A DNA stretch of 63,387 bases, the filler included, from Kipferlia bialata (Eukaryota): the NCBI GenBank assembly GCA_003568945.1. It is 5 parts of 5 records of this genome, joined end to end, with 100 filler letters (N's around TTAATTAATTAA, not from the genome) between each part and the next. Parts side by side here need not be neighbours in the genome. Positions count along the whole stretch, not along the records: positions 25,410 to 38,006 come from BDIP01001061.1; positions 38,107 to 50,697 come from BDIP01001062.1; 3 more parts are not named here. The stretch is one strand, 5' to 3'. The position numbers and the translations under genes are program-made. Of this stretch, positions 26,567 to 38,159 are shown in pieces. Under the pieces are notes generated by a model. That model was not told the origin of the DNA, did not search any database, and saw nothing but the letters and a program-made list of their open reading frames with translations. Every line of letters begins with the position of its first letter. Within the stretch, counting starts at the first letter, position 1.

Positions 26567-29500
26567 ATGGCCACTGCAGCCCTCACCCTGCCAGCATACC
26601 TCGGCCCTGACGCCTGTGGGTTCCGCTGTGCTCATGTGGAGCGCATCGATGCTGCTGAGACCGTAGAGATCGTGAAGAGTGCCCTTTCGACTCGTTCTGC
26701 CCAGTGCAAGCTGTGCACAGGTTTGTTTCACTAGTATCTGCCTTCATGGACTATTTTTTATCATATATATGAGATTTGGAGAGAATAGCGTGTGTTGCCT
26801 CGGGGTCAGTATTCCTGTCAGTTCTCCATTCTGTCGCATTTACACAGTACATACCTTATATTATGGCTTCCTAGCCTTCTTGACAGACTTTATGGTGATA
26901 TTGGTGACAAGGGTAGTGTTTCCAGTGTATTCTTCCCCTCTATATGGCTCTTTTGTGATAATATATGTTTGGTACCGGTACCGTTATGACATCACCACTC
27001 TCCCCCACCCGCCCTCTCTCTCTTTCTCTCTTCCCCCCAATACCCGCGCTTATCCTTAGGCACTGGGTCTCTGTGGATCTGCATGCACTGTGGGACTGTG
27101 GTGTGCACAGCATCAGAGGGCAGGTGTGTATACAAGTATGAATGGTACCGGTATCGTCTTACTCTCTACTACGTTGTTGTGTCCCTAACTCCCAGCGAGC
27201 CCTCCCACCTGATCACCCACCTGGCAGACACCCTGACAGACGACATCCACGGCACACACGCACTGTACGTAAGTATGATATATAGTGTATGTCAGAACAT
27301 AGTACCCTCTCTTGCTGTATGTGCCTCTGACACCCAGGTACCTCTCCATCACCACTGGTGCCATATACTGTGCATGCTGTGACCAGGCAGTGCAGTACAC
27401 AGGTACATTGTCTTTCTGTCAGTCTCTCTCTATCACTCTGTCTCAAACGCTGTCTATATACCTCTCTATATTTATGCTGACCATGCAGTGCAGTACACAG
27501 TTGAATTGTCCATCAGTCTCCATCTCTTAGTGTGTATACCTTTCCGACCCACGCTCTGTGACTCAGATACACTGTCTATATTCTTACCTGTGTTTGTTTC
27601 TTGCCTTCCATATATCTCCCTATGCATGATATTGACCTCAGATGTTGTTGAGGCCCCAGCCCATGCCTCTTTCTCTCTCTCTCTGTCTCATATACACTGT
27701 CTATATACGAATGTGTACCTTTTCCGCTGTATGGGTTAATGACCCCAGATGTTGTTGAGACTCCAGCCCATGCCCCAGTCACAGAGGACGGAGAGGAGAA
27801 GGTGTGTGTGTGCTATATAGGCATGTATTTCAATCTGTTTATACCCACTCTATCGGTGCGTCTCACCTTAGCCCCCCATTAGTCCATCTCTCTCTCTCTC
27901 TCCCTCTTACTCTCCCTCACCTCAGCCCCCCTCCATCACCACCAGAGGCATGATTATCAGTGTCAGGCAGATGTGCCAAGGTTAGTAGTATTTGTATGTT
28001 AACCTAAAGTACGTATATTGTATATGTATGTTATAGTATCTGTATGATTGTCAGTATCAGGCAGGTGTGCCAAGGTATCTGGGTCTCTCTCTCTGCATTT
28101 TCCTCACTGTATATAGTCATGTATGCCGCCCCTCTTGAGATAAGTCCCGTACATTTCTCTCTATCTCTTTCCCTTCCTCTATACATATACTACATGTTTG
28201 CTTCATCTCACATCAGAGTCTCGTGCTGCCTCCAAGAGACTGGAGAATGAGAGGAAGAGGACACTCAGAGACGATATCAAGGTATTACATGTCATAGTCA
28301 TGCGTGACTATATACATATACACGATATATGTATATATATGATATATATATATACATGACATTCACATGCCTTTGCGCCTCTGTCTCTCTCTCTCTCTCA
28401 CCCTAGATCAACACCCCCATCCCTGTCCCTGCCTACCTAGTTTCTCAGGGCCAGACAGCGGTGGCACCAGTCACATGTGAGTGTATAGTACTGTACACTT
28501 CAATAGTTATTATGTATTGATGTTGTATCTATCCCTGTACCCTTCCCCTATCTCTTTTACCCCAGCATGTGTCCTCTGCCTCTCATATATATATGTGTGT
28601 TGTTCCCATACTCACTCTAGCCTGTGTCCCCCTGTGCCCTGCCTCTCTGACTGAGGCCGATGCCAAGACACTGGTCAGCCACACATCAATCACTGATGAG
28701 GGTGGAAGGTATACTATTTGTGTTTATATATATATGGTATATATACATATATATATTCCATATATTGAATGAGGAAGGGCGATTAGTCAGCCACACATCA
28801 ATCACTGATGAGGGTGGGAGGTACAGGATATATTTATATGTATTTCATACATGCATGGATGTTTTCAATTGTGTTAGTATCATTGCCACTCATGTTCAGG
28901 ATAGTGCCATATATATGTATATATAGTAGGCATTATATAATGTACCACTCATATTCAGGACCTTCACTGCCATGCAGCGTGACAAGAGACACAAGTCAGG
29001 GGCCAGGTTCACACCCAAGAAGAAGGTATAGATATATATATATATATATATATGGGGGGGAGGGGTGTAAATATTTGTGTATTTGGGTTTGTATCAGACA
29101 CAAGTCAGGGGCTAGGTTCACTCCCAAGAAGATAGTATCAATATATATGGATCACCTCTCTCTTTAGTATTGTAATGCTACACTCTCTCATACTCTGTTC
29201 TTTTCTAAGTCTTAGACCGGTTCCCAGGCCTCTGCACCCCCCACCCCCCCTTCTTTCTCTCTCTCTATGTCTCTATATCTCTATCTAACCCTTAGGCCGG
29301 TGCCAAGGCCTCTACCCCCAAGAAGATGCTCAACCCCCTGGCTAGGTACAGACCCTCGTATATATCTTTCTCTCTCTCTCTCTTTCTACACCCTTACTCG
29401 ATGCTCAACCCCCTGGCAAGGTAAAGACATAGACACTCTCTCTCTCTCTCTCTTTCTACACCCTTACTCGATGCTCAACCCTCTGGCTAGGTACAGACAT

Positions 29501-30536
29501 TCACTCTGTCTCTCTCTCTCTCTCTCTCTCTCTACACCCTTATCTTCAGGGCTGCCCTTTTGGCCAAGCAGAAGAGAGCGGCAGAGGCCCTCGAAGCAGC
29601 AGGTATAGACACATACTTATATGTATATATATATATATATAATATCTGTGTATATATATATATATATAATTGCGAATATGTTGTATTACTCTCTGAACAT
29701 GTATTCTCTTCTCTCTCTCCCTCTACACCCCTAATACCCAGGTGGTGATCCATCCCAGACTGAGGCATCAGAGACAGAGACTAGCCAGAGTGAGTGGTCC
29801 AGTATACATACATTAGTATATATGCTATGTGTGATTGATGAGTGAGAGCAGTCAACCCAGGTCTAGTGGGTATGAATGTGTTAATCCTGTATATGTATTA
29901 TCTCTTATGCCAGGTGAGAGCACGTCCAAGAGGCCCAGTAGTCAGAGAATGGGAGGTACAACATACAACATACATTACATTGTCCTTCTTCACCCGAACT
30001 ACTTTGCCAGATGGATCTGTCTTTCTCCCTCTCTCTCTCTCCCTCTACACCCCTTATACCTCTAGCTCTCTTTGGCCAGATGGCTGTGTCCTCTCTCTCT
30101 CTCTCTCTCTACACCCCTAATGCCCCTAGCTCTCTTTGGCCAGATGGCTGTGTCCTCAGGTGCCAAGAGGAGCAGCATGAAGCTGAACGTCACAGCAGCC
30201 TCACTTAACAAGGTATGATCTATGTGTTAACTGGACCCTTGGTGACAGGACCTCTCTGTGTGTGTGTGTCTCTCTCTCTCTCTGAGTGTGTTCTGTCTCT
30301 GATTCCCAGGCCCTTGGTGACAAGACCTTCAGGTCTCTCTTTCTCTCTTTTTGTATATTTTCATATATATACATATGTTTGTTTACATATATCTAATTCC
30401 CAGGCCCTTGGTGACAAGACCTTGAGGTCTCTCTTTCTCTCTCTGTGTGTATATATGTATATATGTCTCACTCCCAGGCCCTTGGTGACAAGACCCAGCA
30501 GATAGCAGCATGGAGGGCACTCCTCACAGCGGGTAT

Positions 30537-30576
<40 letters not shown>

Positions 30577-31317
30577 ATAATCAGGTATATACTGTGTATG
30601 TATTTACATATATATACTGATATATAGCAGCATGGAGGGCACTGCTCACAGCCGGTCTGACATACATACACTCACACACATATGTATATTTGTTCTCGTA
30701 CTTCTACATACATTGTAAAGGAGTCTAATACCAGGTGCTGTCATGAAGAAGTGTGGCTCCAAGGGCAAGCCCCATCCCAGGCACTTCAGCCTGGACACAG
30801 AGGGAACTAGGTATGTATATATATAGTACTATATTCTCTGTTATGATTATTTTTCAGTACCCGGCAGACTACCATAATAGTGTCCATTGGAGACAGGCTA
30901 TATGTACTATATATGTGTAGACTATAATATCTGTAGTATGTTTATACGATTGATGATTCTAACTCTCAGCATCCACTGGAGACAGGAGAAGAGGCACTCC
31001 TACAAGGAGAAGGATGCCATGCCTATCACAGACATCATCAAGGTACATATGACTTCTCTCTCTCTCCGTCTACACCCCTAATGCATAGCTTGTGCGTGGC
31101 CAGACCACCGAGGTGTTCAAGAGGAGCGTGGACCCTGCTCTGGAGGACAGAGCCTTCAGCGTCATTGGCACAGAGAGGTATAGTATGTACATATATGTGT
31201 GTATACACTTTGTGTCTTCTTCTTACCCTTAGGACCCTCGACCTGTATGCAAAGACAGAGGAGCAGCGGGAGGAGTGGATAGAGGCCATCGAGGGCATGA
31301 TGACAGTGGATATGTAG
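26567..31317 (+). CDS. Protein with N-terminal zf-UBP (BUZ)-like zinc finger and C-terminal PLC-type PH domain
   Basis: N-terminal exons: RCAHV..QCKLCTG|TGSLWICMHCGTVVC..|EPSHLITHL..HGTHAL|YLSITTGAIYCACCDQAV. C-terminal exons: GAVMKKCGSKGKPHPRHFSLDTEGT|SIHWRQ..ITDIIK|LVRGQTTEVFKR..RAFSVIGTER|TLDLYAKTEEQREEWIEAIEGMM. About 20 small exons. Confidence 0.8.
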
Positions 31318-31492
31318 ACAGTGTACAATAGATTGATATAGGAAGTGTGTTGGAGGACATGCATGGGAAAATGAGTGTTATAAACCCTTTCCTCATCTGG
31401 TACCAAAAGTAGAAGTCAACCCTTTGGGCCAAATTCATTTTTGCCTCTGGACAGCCTAGCAGAGTTGCCTTGCTCAAGCGTGGTTGTGTACT

Positions 31493-32602
31493 ATGAGCAC
31501 AGTCGCACACAAGCTGGCTCAGGCCAGGCACCAGGGAGAGATCCTCAAGGAGAAGATCAAGAAGAACAGGGCCCTCAAGAACGACACCACCCGTACGTAG
31601 CGCCTTCTATCTAGTTTTCTCCCTATATTGCTGCTTTGATCGCTATATAACATGTTTTAATGGGCTTTCACCCCATATACGGTGTTATGTGGTCGTCTTA
31701 TTGGTTTTCAGGTCCATTCTATCTCTGATTGCTGGTTTAGGGATTATGAGTTAGTCCACTCCTTTCTTTGCCTGTTCTGTTATATGCTCTGTATACGTGT
31801 GTTCCCTGTTCTGGTATTCACTGTGCTTACCCCAGTCCAGTCTGCCGCTGCTCAGGTTGAGCCAATCGAGAGGCTCCCAATCAAGTGAGTCCTTGTACCA
31901 ACTCATATGCGCATTCATTTCCGTGATCTCTCTCTCTGTCTCTTACCCCCAGGGCCAGAAGGACTTTGGAGGGTCACGTTGCCAAGCTCTACTCTCTGTG
32001 CTGGGCCACCGACAGCAGGTGTGGAATCGTACTACACTGCCAGTGATATGCCATATTGCTCAGTACCCACATACCACTCTTCTCTCCCCCTCTTGGTAGT
32101 CCTAGTCTCCACCCTTACCTCTAGGTCCCTTGTGTCTGCCAGTCAGGATGGAAAGCTGATTGTGTGGGACGCACCCAACGAGAGCAAGGTACTATTGTTC
32201 TCTATGTCACTGTCTCTCCACTCATATTTGTTTAACTACTCTCTCAGTGTATTTTTTCTCTATCTCTTCTCTCTCTCTCTCCCTCTCTCTCTCTCTCTCC
32301 CTACCCCAGACTGCCATCATGCCCCTCAGGTCCAACTGGGTTATGGCATGTGCATTCAGCCCAAACAGGTATGCATACATATGATCCATTGATATATGTA
32401 TGTATTGTACATGATGATACTTGCGTGATTCTGCTCATATCTCTGTCCCTTACCCTAGGCGCTATGTTGCCTGTGGAGGACTGGACAACACAGTGTCCAT
32501 CTACGACCAGCACTCCAATGAGGTCCAGATCTCTGCCCCCTGTAGAGAGCTGCATGGCCACAGGGGATACATCTCATCCCTGTGTTTTGTGGACAACAAG
32601 AG
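31493..32602 (+). CDS. GNB: Heterotrimeric G-protein beta subunit (3' half lost at N gap 32697-32918)
   Basis: N-terminal coiled coil ..LKEKIKKNRALKNDTT, then RRTLEGHVAKLYSLCWATDSR|SLVSASQDGKLIVWD..|PLRSNWVMACAFSPN|RYVACGGLDNTVSIY..RELHGHRGYISSLCF, diagnostic of G-beta WD1-3. Confidence 0.93.
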
Positions 32603-32927
32603 GTACACACACTCTCTCTCTCTCACTCCCTAACTCACACACACACACACTCTCTCTCTCTCTCTCCCCCCCCCCCCCTTTTCCCCCCTCTCCCTTNNNN
32701 NNNNNNNNNNNNNNNNNNNNNNNNNNNNNNNNNNNNNNNNNNNNNNNNNNNNNNNNNNNNNNNNNNNNNNNNNNNNNNNNNNNNNNNNNNNNNNNNNNNN
32801 NNNNNNNNNNNNNNNNNNNNNNNNNNNNNNNNNNNNNNNNNNNNNNNNNNNNNNNNNNNNNNNNNNNNNNNNNNNNNNNNNNNNNNNNNNNNNNNNNNNN
32901 NNNNNNNNNNNNNNNNNNGAGGGGGAG

Positions 32928-32967
<40 letters not shown>

Positions 32968-32983
32968 ACTGAGCAATATACAC

Positions 32984-33666
32984 CTAGTGATGTTGGGCAC
33001 TGACTGTGGGTACGCGGCACACACATCCTCGAGGAATACTGCATTGAGTCCCAGACTGTTGGCCATGGGAACGGCAGTGGCCCTGGCTGAGGGTAAGATG
33101 GACCTGGATGTATAATGTAACGAGAGCCATACAGACTACACACGCACTATGAACATATACACATCCCCACCTCCTATCACGAGCACAGGCTTGCCCTCAA
33201 ACTGGGCTGCCACTCTCACAAAGGGAGAGGAGGCAAGAACAATCTCCTTACAGTCAGATGTGTACATCAGTACTAATGACACCTAAGAACATGGTTGAGG
33301 ATCTATGTATAAGTACACTATTACATGGGTACCTCAGTCTTCACGTCGAACTTGGTCAGTCCAGTCAGAACCTGAGATCAGATTGAAGTGAATAGATACA
33401 TAGGGGCCACATATATGCAGACACACCTTCGACTTCTTGGCTTCCCTGGCCATGCTGTTCGACAGGAATAGATGTGGCACCATGCCATAGGGGGACTGTG
33501 CGGCATGGCTGCCCGACACAGGCTCTCTGAGTAGGCGCAGGGCATCTATGACAGTGGGCCCTAGCAGGGTGTTGGTGCTACACAGGACACCATCTATGTC
33601 CAGCAGCACTGCAAAGGGGGCCTCTCCCTGGGGGGGACTGCCACTGTCTCCTGATGGAGGACTCAT
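32984..33666 (-). CDS. HAD-superfamily subfamily IIA hydrolase (CECR5/HDHD5-like), 3' part lost in gap
   Basis: FAVLLDIDGVL (motif I DxD), DALRLL, VPHLFLSNS..EAKKS (motif II), EIVLASSPL..KPVLVIG, ANSLGLNAVFLEDV. Confidence 0.75.
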
Positions 33667-34061
33667 GACTGTGTTCACTTTGGAATGCACAACACAAAAG
33701 AGACAGAAGAGAAGCCACATCGTCACGTCCACAGGTCCAGACCCAACAACGTTTGTTTTTGTTTCCTACTAGTAATGAAGCAGAAGAAGCTGCGCTGCGG
33801 AGGCTCACCATGTGGATAACGGGGACTGGAAACATATTGCACGAAAGGATACTTCTTTGTTGGACCTTCTCTTTCCGCATTCTCAGTACCATAAGCCATA
33901 GCTATGGATTGTTGTAGCCACTGGTCAAATCAGTGATATCCAACTCGATACTTCGCTACGTCTATTACAACAACTCACACCTGCATAATAAATATCTGAG
34001 TCCCCCTACACTGAGCCAGTATTAAGACCCATAGCCACGGGTCACTCTGGGAGTAACCTGT

Positions 34062-34889
34062 CTAGCCAGACTGGTACTGGTAGGCAAAGCAGTTGCAGGA
34101 GGGGCAGCAGTAGATCTGGGCATTGCCATCGTCTCCTAGGTCCACGAGGTCATCCTTGGCAGTGATGCCGGCAATGAACTCCATGCGCACCTTGCAGGCC
34201 CTGCACTTAGGCACGCGGGGGCCCTGCTCCCAGACTGGGTGGCCTCCCACGTAGACTGGGCCATACTCACAACAGTGGCTGGGGTCAGTTGAGTCCAAGG
34301 ACATACTAGTGGGATTAGATAGCAAGTTAGTTAGATGCGTACATGTGGAGGGCGTTCTCGTGTGCGACAGAGAGGTCGATGTCGAGTGCGTCGGAGCATG
34401 TCTCTGAGTCAGGGGGCATCACAGTCTCCCTGAAGCAGAGGGGCACGGGGGAGTGCTCGAAGGGCATCTGGACGGGGCCCTCAGGGGTGTCCTTGGGGAT
34501 AGCACGCACGTTGATGTTGTTGGCGAAGGCCTTGAAGCCACGGCAGTCCTGCGTTAGTCTGGAGCGATAAGCTGAAAACAGACACACACCTATGACATGT
34601 CAGAAGAATACGTAAACACCCATCATACCTGGCAAGTGAACACCTGGAGGACACTATCGTCGGCAACACCACGGAGAATGGCACCGTCAATAGTGAGAAG
34701 GGCGCTCAGAGGCTCCCCGCACTCACCACAGATGGGCCAGGCTGCGGCACCGTGTACAGCACTGGGATAGAGGTAGCCCTGCACAACGGTGGCATCCTGG
34801 GACTGCACTAGCACGGGGGCAAGGTGTGGTCCAAGAGCCTCAGCTCCAATAGCGGCCACCAGAGCGTCACGAGTCTGATCGAGAGACAT
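34062..34889 (-). CDS. DUF1963/YwqG-like protein with two CxxC modules (3 exons)
   Basis: WPICGECGEPLSALLTID..VLQVFTCQ|DC.. and VGGHPVWEQGPRVPKCRACKVRMEFIAGI..DLGDDGNAQIYCCPSC..FAYQYQSG* follow the DUF1963/PDCD2_C-type GGxPxWxQ..FGDxG..Y pattern. Two GT-AG introns restore the frame. Confidence 0.65.
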
Positions 34890-35044
34890 GATAATGTAAA
34901 GAGATGTACTGCGTTGACGCGTCATCAGTCAATGACCTCATCAAACGATTCGTGATTCCGCAATAAAAAATAGAATAAGGGGCCAACATCTGAATGGACC
35001 CTGATGGACCCTGCTGCGAGCAACTCTTTTCTGTCCACAACAAT

Positions 35045-37188
35045 ATGACAATGGATACCGACAACCTCGCAGTTAACACCATCAGGTGTCTCTCGGCCGA
35101 CATGGTCTCTAAGGCCAAGAGCGGACACCCAGGAGCCCCCATCGGTGAGTTGTTGTAATATGGATGTTTTCCTATTGATTTCCGTCCCCCTGCTGGGTAA
35201 TATACCTCAGCTAACGTCTAGGATGTGCCCCCATCGCCCATGTGCTCTTCTCCGACCTTATGAAGTTCTACGCACCCGTCCCCAAGTGGATGGGACGCGA
35301 CTACTTTGTGCTGTCCAACGGCCACGCCTCTGCCCTCATGTACTCCATGCTGCACCTCGCTGGCTTCAAGCTGCCCATGTCTGAGCTCGAGAACTTCAGG
35401 CAGTTCGGTTCCAAGACCCCCGGCCACCCTGAGCGTGGAGTGACCCCAGGTGTTGAGGTCACCACCGGTCCTCTGGGTCAGGGTGTGTCCAACGCAGTGG
35501 GTATCGCCGTTGCTGCCAAGGTCATGGGCCACAAGTACAACAAGCCCAACTTCCCCCTGTTTGACAACCACGTGTACTCCATTGTGGGCGACGGATGCCT
35601 GATGGAGGGTGTGTCAGCCGAGGCCCTCTCTCTGGCCGGCACCCTCAACCTGGACAACCTCACAGTCATCTGGGACGACAACAAGATCACCATCGACGGA
35701 GCCACCGACCAGGCCTTTGCCGAGGACACCATCGCCAGGTTCAAGGCCTATGGCTTCGAGACCTTTGTGGTGGAGGAGGGAGACACCGACATTGTCGGCC
35801 TCAGGGAGACCCTGGCCAAGGCCAAGGCCTGCCCCAAGCCATCCTTCGTGGCTGTCCGCACCACCATCGGATACAAGTCTGCCAAGGAGGGCACAGCCGC
35901 TGTCCACGGCTCCCCCCTCAACGCCGAGCACCTAGCCGAGCTCAAGGGAGCCCTGGGCATGCCCGCCGACAAGTTCTTCCACGTGCCCGAGAGCGTGGAG
36001 GCCCACTACAAGGGCAAGGGCGTGGCCCGCGAGGCTGCCTTTGAGGAGTGGTCTCAGATGGTCGAGGCGTACCTGGCCACCTACCCCGAGAACGCCAACG
36101 TGGTGAAGAGGATCATCTCTGGTGAGCGTGAGGTCGAGGCTGACGCCGAGGCTCTCATTGCCACTCTCATGGAGAAGGACCTCAAGGACTCCTTCCCAGT
36201 GGGCAAGGGCCTCTCCACCCGTAAGGCCTCTGGCGAGGTGCTCTCCGCCCTCTACAACGAGCTGCCCTGGATGATGGGAGGCTCTGCTGACCTCTCCGGC
36301 TCCAACTGCACCCGCATTGCAGGTGCCGGTGTGTTTGGAAAGGACAACCGCGACAGCCGCTACATCCCCTTCGGAGTGAGGGAGCACGCTATGTGCGCCA
36401 TCTCCAACGGTATCGCCGCATACTCCACCGCCCTCGTCCCCTTCGACGCCACATTCCTCGTGTTCCTCGGGTACTGCGTGGGCGCCCTCAGGGTGGGAGC
36501 CCTGTCCAGGCAGAGGTCCATCCACGTGTTCACCCACGACTCCATCGGTCTGGGTGAGGACGGCCCCACCCACATGCCCATTGAGACCATGACCTACATC
36601 AGGTCCACCCCCAACATGGCTGACTGGAGGCCGGCTGACGGAGACGAGACCATCGGCGCCTACGCCTGGTCCGTGTGCTGCTCCGAGGGCCCCTCTGTGA
36701 TGGCTCTGTCCAGGCAGAACGTGCCCCACCTTGCTGGATCTACCCCTGCCAAGGCCATGCGCGGAGGATACGTTGTGGTGCAGGAGACCACCGAGGCCCC
36801 CAAGGTGGTCCTCATCTCCACAGGCACCGAGGTGTCCCTCACCATCGAGGCCGCCAAGGCTGTCGAGGCCGCATACGGCGTCGAGGGCTGTGTGCGTGTG
36901 GTGTCCATGCCTTCCATGGTCGTGTACAAGAGGCAGTCTGCTGAGTACCGCGCCTCCGTGGTCCCCGCTGGTGTGCCCGTTGTGTCTGTGGAGCCCCACC
37001 ACTCCATGTCCTGGGCCGGCCTCTCCCACTTCCACATCGGCCTCGACCGCTTTGGCGAGTCTGCCCCCATCAAGGCCCTGTACGAGCACTTTGGCTTCAC
37101 CCCCGAGGCCATCTGCGCCAAGGTCCAGAAGGTGGTCGCCCAGCTCGAGGGCAACGTGCCCGCCCTCGGATTCGTCCAGGTCGAGTAG
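35045..37188 (+). CDS. tkt: Transketolase
   Basis: Exon 35045-35144 (AVNTIRCLSADMVSKAKSGHPGAPI), intron 35145-35221, exon 35222-37188 with RDYFVLSNGHAS, TPGHPE, TTGPLGQG, GDGCLMEG..WDDN (TPP motif), FGVREHAM, THDSIGLGEDGPTH. Strong C-ending codon bias. Confidence 0.98.
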
Positions 37189-37669
37189 ACTAGTTTAGTT
37201 GAAGACGCACCCTATTATGGCTGTTGCACCTCCCACTAGTTTTGTGTTAGTAGTGTTTCTTAGATGTCAATGAATGATGTTTTCCCTTGGGAGTGGTTAT
37301 TGGAGTCTATCTGTTTGATATCTGTGCCAGTACTATGTTACACACTCTCGGAATAGGGTTGAGAATCGAGTGGTTTTGAAACCAAGGCTTGGCTGGTTCC
37401 AGAACGACCACTCTCTTTCAGTATATAGTAATACCCACTACGGTTTACCCTTCGATGCCCACGTTTCTGTGTGGGTGCGCACTACACGGGTGTATAATTC
37501 GGTGACTTACCATGCTCAGGTGGTCAGGACTGTAGACTCTAATGATAGTAGGCAAGATGAGTTTCTTCGTTCAGAGAGCCCTGCTTAGGCAGTTTTGCCT
37601 TCTATACGCAAGCCTATAGTGAGGTACCACTGATCGGGTACACAGTGAGGCCGTGCTGGGTCTATACAC

Positions 37670-37780
37670 ATGTCCAACTGGCTAGGGGGCCATGGGAGGT
37701 CACAGCAGAGGCAGCGGACCGCATCCCCCCCCTTCTGGCGCGATAGGCCTGGCCGTAGCCACGAGGATGCCCTGACTCAG
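37670..37780 (+). CDS. First exon of an unidentified gene truncated by contig end
   Basis: ATG-initiated GC-rich block MSNWLGGHGRSQQRQRTASPPFWRDRPGRSHEDALTQ followed by a GTGGGT donor. Confidence 0.35.
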
Positions 37781-37954
37781 GTGGGTGGGTGTAAGGAAGT
37801 GCTCTTTTGTCGTTACTGTGTGTATTGGAGACACGTGTATTGGTGTGACAATGACTGACTCTCTATACATCTTCTGGTCGTCTTATGCTGTGATGGGCAG
37901 CAAGCTACCTTGTTATACAGCCTTGCCGACCTTCATTCTCGTGACCCTGTGTGA

Positions 37955-38006
<52 letters not shown>

Positions 38007-38106
38007 NNNNNNNNNNNNNNNNNNNNNNNNNNNNNNNNNNNNNNNNNNNNTTAATTAATTAANNNNNNNNNNNNNNNNNNNNNNNNNNNNNNNNNNNNNN
38101 NNNNNN
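38007..38106. other. Artificial contig spacer
   Basis: N-TTAATTAATTAA-N, 100 nt. Confidence 0.98.
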
Positions 38107-38157
<51 letters not shown>

Positions 38158-38159
38158 GA

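Noticed and set aside
35932..37089. 385-aa antisense ORF and other ORFs overlapping transketolase
   Set aside because: Shadow of strong codon bias on the sense strand; no recognisable protein.
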